The notes under the pieces: model-generated | What the model was told of the DNA's origin: nothing | What the model saw: only the letters and a program-made list of their open reading frames with translations | The model's database searches: none | Assembly: GCA_009914755.4 (NCBI GenBank) | Contig: CP068257.2 | Location: forward strand, 33,376,001-33,440,000 | Direction of reading: 5' to 3' | DNA: 64,000 nt | Source: the human T2T-CHM13v2.0 reference genome, Homo sapiens | Position numbers and translations under genes: made by a program | In this document: piece by piece, positions 57,331-64,000 of the stretch | How the letters are laid out: the number at the start of each line of letters is the position of its first letter | Position numbering within the stretch: position 1 is the first letter of the stretch

Positions 57331-59234
57331 TGGGTTGTAAATGCCAGTCCTGGATTCTAAGCTGCAGTAGCCAGCACAGGCACTTCAGAAAGGCTGAACT
57401 CCCACAACACTCCCTCGGTTTTCCCTCATCCACTTAATTTCACACACACAAAGACCCACAACGATAGTAGCTTCCATGGCACAAGTCTTTCAAAAGGAAC
57501 AGACACAATTTTTACTTACTCCTGTTTTGACTAAAGCAGGAATTGAAACTCAACAGACCGCTTTCTCTTACACTTGTGAGAAGTTAGCTGGCCACATGTT
57601 GACACTGCTAACATCTAAAAAAGAATAATAGTGCTACATCTCTTTTATGAGGCTCGTGAATCTTTAAATGTGATGCGTGTTTCATATTGCTTCTCAGTGC
57701 AAATCCCCTGTGAACATAATGAACATAATGGGCCTGTGTTGTTACCCTCCCTAATAAAGTCAAGCCTGAGTTGAACCCCAAACCAGGTTCATTTTTCTCT
57801 CCCACACTTAATATTCCCTGGAAGGGCCCTAAGAGCCGAGGGCTGTAATGTGCAGCTGCCACTGCAGAGTCGACTCACACTTAATAATGACTTAGCAATT
57901 CAAGGGGCCATACAGAATATCCTTGGGAGATTTAATTTTAGAAACTCCCCAGATGCTTTTAGCCTTAGGTGTCCAGATGCTTAGGAGAAGGGTTTGGATG
58001 AGGCAGTGAACGGCCTGAATTCTCAACTTTTCTCTTTGGGCCTAGCTCTAGCCAGATATCTATTTCTTCCAGTGGGGTCTTTGTAGGACAGGTTAGAGTG
58101 TAAAGACACTCTAAGGCTGGGGCTCGTTGAAGCCTCACTATACGCTGTCATCTTCGGGACTGAGGTTTCAACAGGGCACCAGGGGGCAGAATACAAAGGC
58201 CTGCACGCTGGCCCTGCACGGCCTTCCTGGGCGGGGTTAACAGCCACGGCAGCCGCAGCATAACTTCGCAGCTTGGTGAGGCAACAGTTGGAGCTTTTCT
58301 GGGCACCCTCCAGGTCATGACAATAAGTAAAGCCTCAGCCAGCTGCTGGTGAACTTGGCCTTACCACTTCCCTAGGAGCCCAAGACAAAAGGGCACGTCT
58401 GTCATCAATGAACCGCCTGGAGAAATACTTAATCCTAACTTAACTAGAACGGTTTAGGACTCTTTAAGTTTGTGTATTGACCCACACCCTCTGTCCTAGT
58501 TCCTGCAAGTGACTCAGACCCTGGGTTTCTGGCTTGGGGATTGTACCCAAGAGTCTGCAGTGGACTGTGGCTTTGCCAAGGAATTGGATGACAGTTTTCA
58601 TTCTCGCTCATATTGGCTGCAGCTTCTAAATGCCACCATGGGTGGGGGGGCGGGGTGGGGAGAAAATGCTCAGGTGTCTTTTTTAATGGCCCTATGAAAA
58701 TACTAGAAAGGGTTGACAGATGTTTACCTGCATAACCCTGTAATTAATGTATAGACTTCTGTGTGCAGTCCAATCCAATCAAAGCACCCTCTGTTAGGGA
58801 TATTCATTACATGATTGCCGCATGCTATCTCTGAACTCCACATGTCTATTATAAAGTAGATTCTCTGGCCAGAAAATGGAGGCAGAGATGGACCACCCAA
58901 ATTGGATGGAGTCTAAAATCCCAGGAGGACAATGCTACTGAATTTTCTCTATGTAGCGTGGATTTTCCTTATTTTCTAAATCTGTTTTCTAACAGATGTC
59001 CTATCCAGAAACTTCCATGCTATGCTGACAGTGAGGTCAGGGATGATTTTTAAATTGGGACGTAGACATCAAAGCTTCATGGGATGACTATAACCTGCTT
59101 TTGGCAAATCCAATGGTTTGAGACAGCTAGGGAGCCCTAGAAGCCCAGCTATTAAAGATGTTCTTTCCTGGACACTCATGATGGTGCCCACACAGGACAC
59201 ATCTCTCTTCCGCACAGGCCTCTCACTTCTTTAG

Positions 59235-59562
<328 letters not shown>

Positions 59563-61747
59563 TCAGTATTTACTTCTTAACCTTTCCTAGATGAAGAGGT
59601 ATTGTTGGGGAAATATGATTTCAAAAGGAAAAAAGAAAGAAAAAAGGCAGACATTGAAACCAACCTGCCACTTGAATGTTATGTAATGATATGAAGAGCA
59701 GCTAGGGAGAATTATTTCAAATGAAAGAGTTTCAACTGCTTCCTCCTCTGCTTGCAGACTGCAGGTGAGCAGTGTCGATGGCACCCAGGAACTTGTTGAG
59801 ACTCTGCATTGCGGGCTGTATCCCAGGCCTACTGAATGAGAATCTGTATTTTTACAGTTCCTCGGGTGATTCTATACACATTAAAGTTTGAGAAACATTG
59901 CTGAGGAAAGCCTTGCATCTATTGGAATTTAGTAGAGAAATAATAACATGGTGTTTGCATTCTTTGAGATGTCTTTTTCTTCCTTTGAGCTTTCTGAAAC
60001 TTTTCTACTTTGTTGCTCTGACATAATTTTGTAAGCCCTGGATGTTTCTAGACAGCAGAAACCCACAAGAGGCAAGGCCCACGTCCTCTAAGGTAGCATT
60101 TTCTTGGATTGTCACTCGGACCTCTCATCTCAAGTGCCGTGTTTGGGTCAAGTTTACAGTCTGAGGTTTGACACACAATGTAGGGAGGCTCTCCCTGTGC
60201 TCCATCTGCCTAGCTGGTGGCCATGTGTATATAAACAGAAGGCTTTTTCCTCTGGGGGCACCAGACTCTCAGTTTTCACCTAGTCTGCAGTTTGGAAACA
60301 CATTAATCCTGTGAGTTCTTCCAGACACACAGCACGTGTCCACGTGGCAGGCAGCGTCGCAGGTGGCCTTGCAGTCCTGCCATGGGCTGTCCCCCTCCCA
60401 GAGGGTTGCCTGGCCCCGCTCTCCAGCCACTGCCTTGCCGAGGTCATGCCCTCCTTTGCTGCAAAAGAAAGGGCCCACTCTTGAATTGTGCTTCCTTGGA
60501 ACAGCCAAGCCTCCCAGGTTCCAGAGGCTCCATTTGTGCAGGCACCCAGGGGTTTGGCTACTTCTCTCAGACGCATCTGGGTCCTTTCAGGCTGCTCTGG
60601 GCCAGAAAGCTTGTTTAAAATAGCTTCTCCTTACAGAGTTTTGGCCCTTCTGCTTCTGGTGGCATTTGAAACCAGGAGGGTAAAACTGGAAAACTTAAAC
60701 AAACCCTCTTTGAATGTTAGAAATGTTCAGCATTCGAGGTTTGGTCAAATGATGGAAAACATTCCGGGTTGGTACTGAACTTTCCAGCCAGTTCCTCCAA
60801 CCTGACGCTAATTATAGCCTGAGATCCAGGCAGGGAAAGCAAAGGGAAATGAGGAAACTAAAATTACTTGGAGTTAGAGAAGCCAGAATTCATGTTGGTC
60901 AGATAGTGTACAATTCAATAGTTCAGTTTATGTGGCAAATAATGGTTAATGTCCCAAGTCTGATCAAAGCACCTGGATTCAGGAACTTTGCACTCTTATT
61001 GAAATGCTACTTCTTTTCCCTGGGGTAGGCAAATTACCAAACTTTCACATGGCTATTTAGAAACTAAAGCATAACACTGCCTTTTTCACTGGGGTGCTAT
61101 GAGGGTCAGTAACTGGACTATGCAAAGTGGTTTTGAATGGAACAAGAAAGAGATCTGTGGTTGACATTTCAATATGGAAACATCCAGTATGTGAATTTTA
61201 ATATCTGCACTTGCCAGGGATTATAAAGGCATGACTTTAGGGCCCTAACTGAGAGGACCCAGTAGGATCGAGCTGAAAATACCCTCTGTAGTTGGTGCTA
61301 CAGAGATCTTTAGTATTCACCACTTAATTTTTGAATTAAATGTTCCTTTGAAATAATAATACTCAGCTCTACAGATTCAGGCTAAAATTCTTTCAGATCC
61401 TCAAAATGTCCAAATCAAATAAAAATATCAACTCAACTGAGAAACAAAATATTGTACTTAAAATTGTGTGGTGTGTATTTTAATTTCCTCCTCTCTAAAT
61501 TCCCTTTCCTTCCTCTTGCCAGTATAGAAACTGGCTGGATTTTTGGAAGGAGAGCAGGAAGAATGATCTTGTCTATGTTCTGGTTCTGATTTCATTTCTT
61601 TCTCAAGTTTTTAGTTTATTCAAAGCAGAAGGAAGAAATCACCTTGTACCCCACATTAACGTAACTATAACTACCAGGATATGATCTTTCAAGCATTTGG
61701 GGCTGATTGTGAATGATCCACCACATAAAGCCATCACTGGCTCTTGA

Positions 61748-61852
61748 AATATATGTGGATGTATGTATATGTATTGTATATTATATATGATATTATATTA
61801 CACATATATGTATTACATATCATGTATACTATTTATTTATTTATTTATTTTG
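61748..61852. repeat. (TA)/(TG)-rich simple repeat followed by a (TTTA)n run.
   Basis: atatatgtggatgtatgtatatgtattgtatattatatatgatattatattacacatatatgtattacatatcatgtatactatttatttatttatttatttt. Confidence 0.8.
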
Positions 61853-61859
61853 GTAAGAA

Positions 61860-62470
61860 TATTTAACATGAGATCTACCCTCTTAACCAATTTTCAAGTG
61901 TACAGTATTGTTAAAAATACTTATATATAGGCATTATGCTGTACATCACATCTCTAGAAAGTAGTCATCACGTCTAATTAAAACTATGCCAACCGAGCAA
62001 TTTCAGATTTCTCCCTCCTCTCCTGGTAACTTCTGTTCCACTTGCTAATTCCATGAGTTTGACTATTTTAGATACCTCATATTAAGTAATATCATGCAGT
62101 ATGTATCCTTCCATGGCTGACTTATTTCACTTAGCATAATGTTCTCCAGGTTCATCTATGTTGTTGCATATTGCTATACTTCCTCCTTTTTTAAGGCTGA
62201 ATAATTCCACTATATGCATATAACCATATTTTCTTAATTCACTCATCTGCCAATGGACATTTAGGTTTTTTCCACATTTTGCCTATTGTGAATAGTGCTG
62301 CAATGAACTTGGGAGTATAAAGAAATATCTCTTTGAGATCCTGATTTCAATTCTTTCGAATAAATACCCAGAAGTGGGATTCCTGGATCATATAGTAGTT
62401 TTATTTTTAATTTTTGAGAAACCTTCACATTGTTGTCCATAGCAGTTGTACCATTTTGCATTCCCACTAA
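61860..62470 (-). mobile_element. L1 LINE fragment (ORF2 C-terminal region), antisense orientation.
   Basis: The plus strand reads TTTTAAGGCTGAATAATTCCACTATATGCATATAACCATATTTTCTTAATTCACTCATCTGCCAATGGACATTTAGGTTTTTTCCACATTTTGCCTATTGTGAATAGTGCTGCAATGAAC...AAATACCCAGAAGTGGGATTCCTGGATCATATAGTAG. This is the reverse complement of L1 ORF2 sequence. Confidence 0.75.
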
Positions 62471-62545
62471 CAAGTATAATATGTGTGTGTGTATAATGTT
62501 TGTGTGTGTATATATGTATGTATATACACACATATGAAATCAAAT
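62470..62545. repeat. (TG)n/(TA)n simple repeat.
   Basis: gtataatatgtgtgtgtgtataatgtttgtgtgtgtatatatgtatgtatatacacacatatg. Confidence 0.8.
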
Positions 62546-63244
62546 ATATACTAATTGAAGATACTGTTTCACACACAAGGCTTGTATCTGAGATACTAAT
62601 CCTTCCAGGATAAGATAATTTGGAGAATTAGCAAGCATTAGCAGAACTAAAGCATTATTTGGAGTAAAAAGGAAGAGTATTCTTCTGGTTTCCATAGTCA
62701 GAGGGCAATGCTATTTGTGTGCCAGACACATCAGAGCTATAAAGGCCTTCGATTATTGTGGAATATTACTTTTAGTTGGTCTCCCTGTGCTTTTTTCACA
62801 TTTTAGCATTGTTCATAATTCTCTAACTTTATATTGAAAATGAAGTCCCAAGGATATTATCTTTTGCCCACATGGACTGCATAGTGTGTGAACTGAGCCT
62901 TCAGACCTTACTCAGACTCAGAGTTGATGCTGAACAGACATTAGGGGGTTTCAGAAATTACCTGCAGCTCTTAAAGAAATTCTGAGCTACTTGGAAATTT
63001 TATTTCTTATGTCTGCATTAGTACTGTCATCAATGAACAGAAGTTCATGGAGCGTGCACTGTCAAATTTTGCAGGTGATCTTCAACCTATTCCTGTGGTG
63101 CTTTTGTGTTTAAACAAAGAATCCCATCATTATCCTTTTGATTGGTCTCACTTGCCAATTTCTGCTACTTTTAAATCACATTTCCATGATTGATGGACCT
63201 CTTTTCTATCTACCCCTCTATATTTGCTATGGCCATACCTATTT

Positions 63245-63325
63245 ACGTGTGTACACATACACACACACACACACACACGTGTATATGTGTATACATATAC
63301 ATATGTATGTATGTGTGTATTTAGC
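63245..63325. repeat. (CA)n/(TA)n/(TG)n compound simple repeat.
   Basis: acatacacacacacacacacacacgtgtatatgtgtatacatatacatatgtatgtatgtgtgtat. Confidence 0.8.
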
Positions 63326-63506
63326 TTTATCTTCTCCTCAAAACCTAACTCTAAGAGCCCTTCCTCCATTTCCTTATCTATTAGAGTTTACATTTGGGTC
63401 TGTCCCCCCACACCCTGCTTGGGCTCATGATTTTTATGCTTTTATATAATTAGTGTGTAGCATGCTCCAAGGATCATAGCAACATTGCTTTCCTGTGATC
63501 CTATAA

Positions 63507-63809
<303 letters not shown>

Positions 63810-64000
63810 TCCTATAATTCTTTTATTATTGCAACATAAATTTACTTGTCTTAATCTTAGGTAGAATTATTCAGTTCCCCCTTTATCCCTGCATTGTTTA
63901 TCTCTTCTGATCTTTTTCCTGGGCCTTACCAAATATCAGGAACACCCCACTTTCTCTGCAACCTTATATATTTCACTGAGTATTTATTGAGTACTCAATT

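Overview
This is human genomic DNA, not a prokaryotic locus. It carries about 12 Alu elements, several L1 fragments, MIR copies and many microsatellites. I found no CRISPR array, operon or defence system. The anchoring feature is a minus-strand exon at 55611-55833. Its ATG is at 55668 and it encodes [19 protein letters not shown] followed by the first base of the next codon. The exon ends at a consensus splice donor (CATGAGAG|GTGAGT). This matches the unique N-terminus of the distal-promoter (P1) isoform of RUNX1, also called AML1 (RUNX1c).

The window is therefore the RUNX1 locus on 21q22, with the gene on the minus strand. It contains:
- the P1 promoter at about 56.1-56.6 kb, with tandem TGTGGT RUNX motifs and CCAAT boxes;
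- the P1 5'UTR exon or exons;
- the first coding exon at 55.6 kb;
- the first roughly 55 kb of the large downstream intron, at coordinates 1-55610.

About 22 kb into the intron (33440-33760) there is a short, very CpG-dense island. Within about 110 bp it carries clustered ETS (CAGGAAG), GATA (TTATCA) and RUNX (TGTGGTT) motifs. I interpret this as the human counterpart of the haematopoietic Runx1 +23 intronic enhancer (eR1).

Several repeat-free blocks flank the exon on both sides, at 52.8-55.6 kb and 56.2-58.7 kb. They retain many CpGs and look like conserved non-coding elements. Nearly all ORFs in the six-frame track are translations of Alu, L1 or simple repeats. The only supportable coding segment is the 58-nt RUNX1 start.
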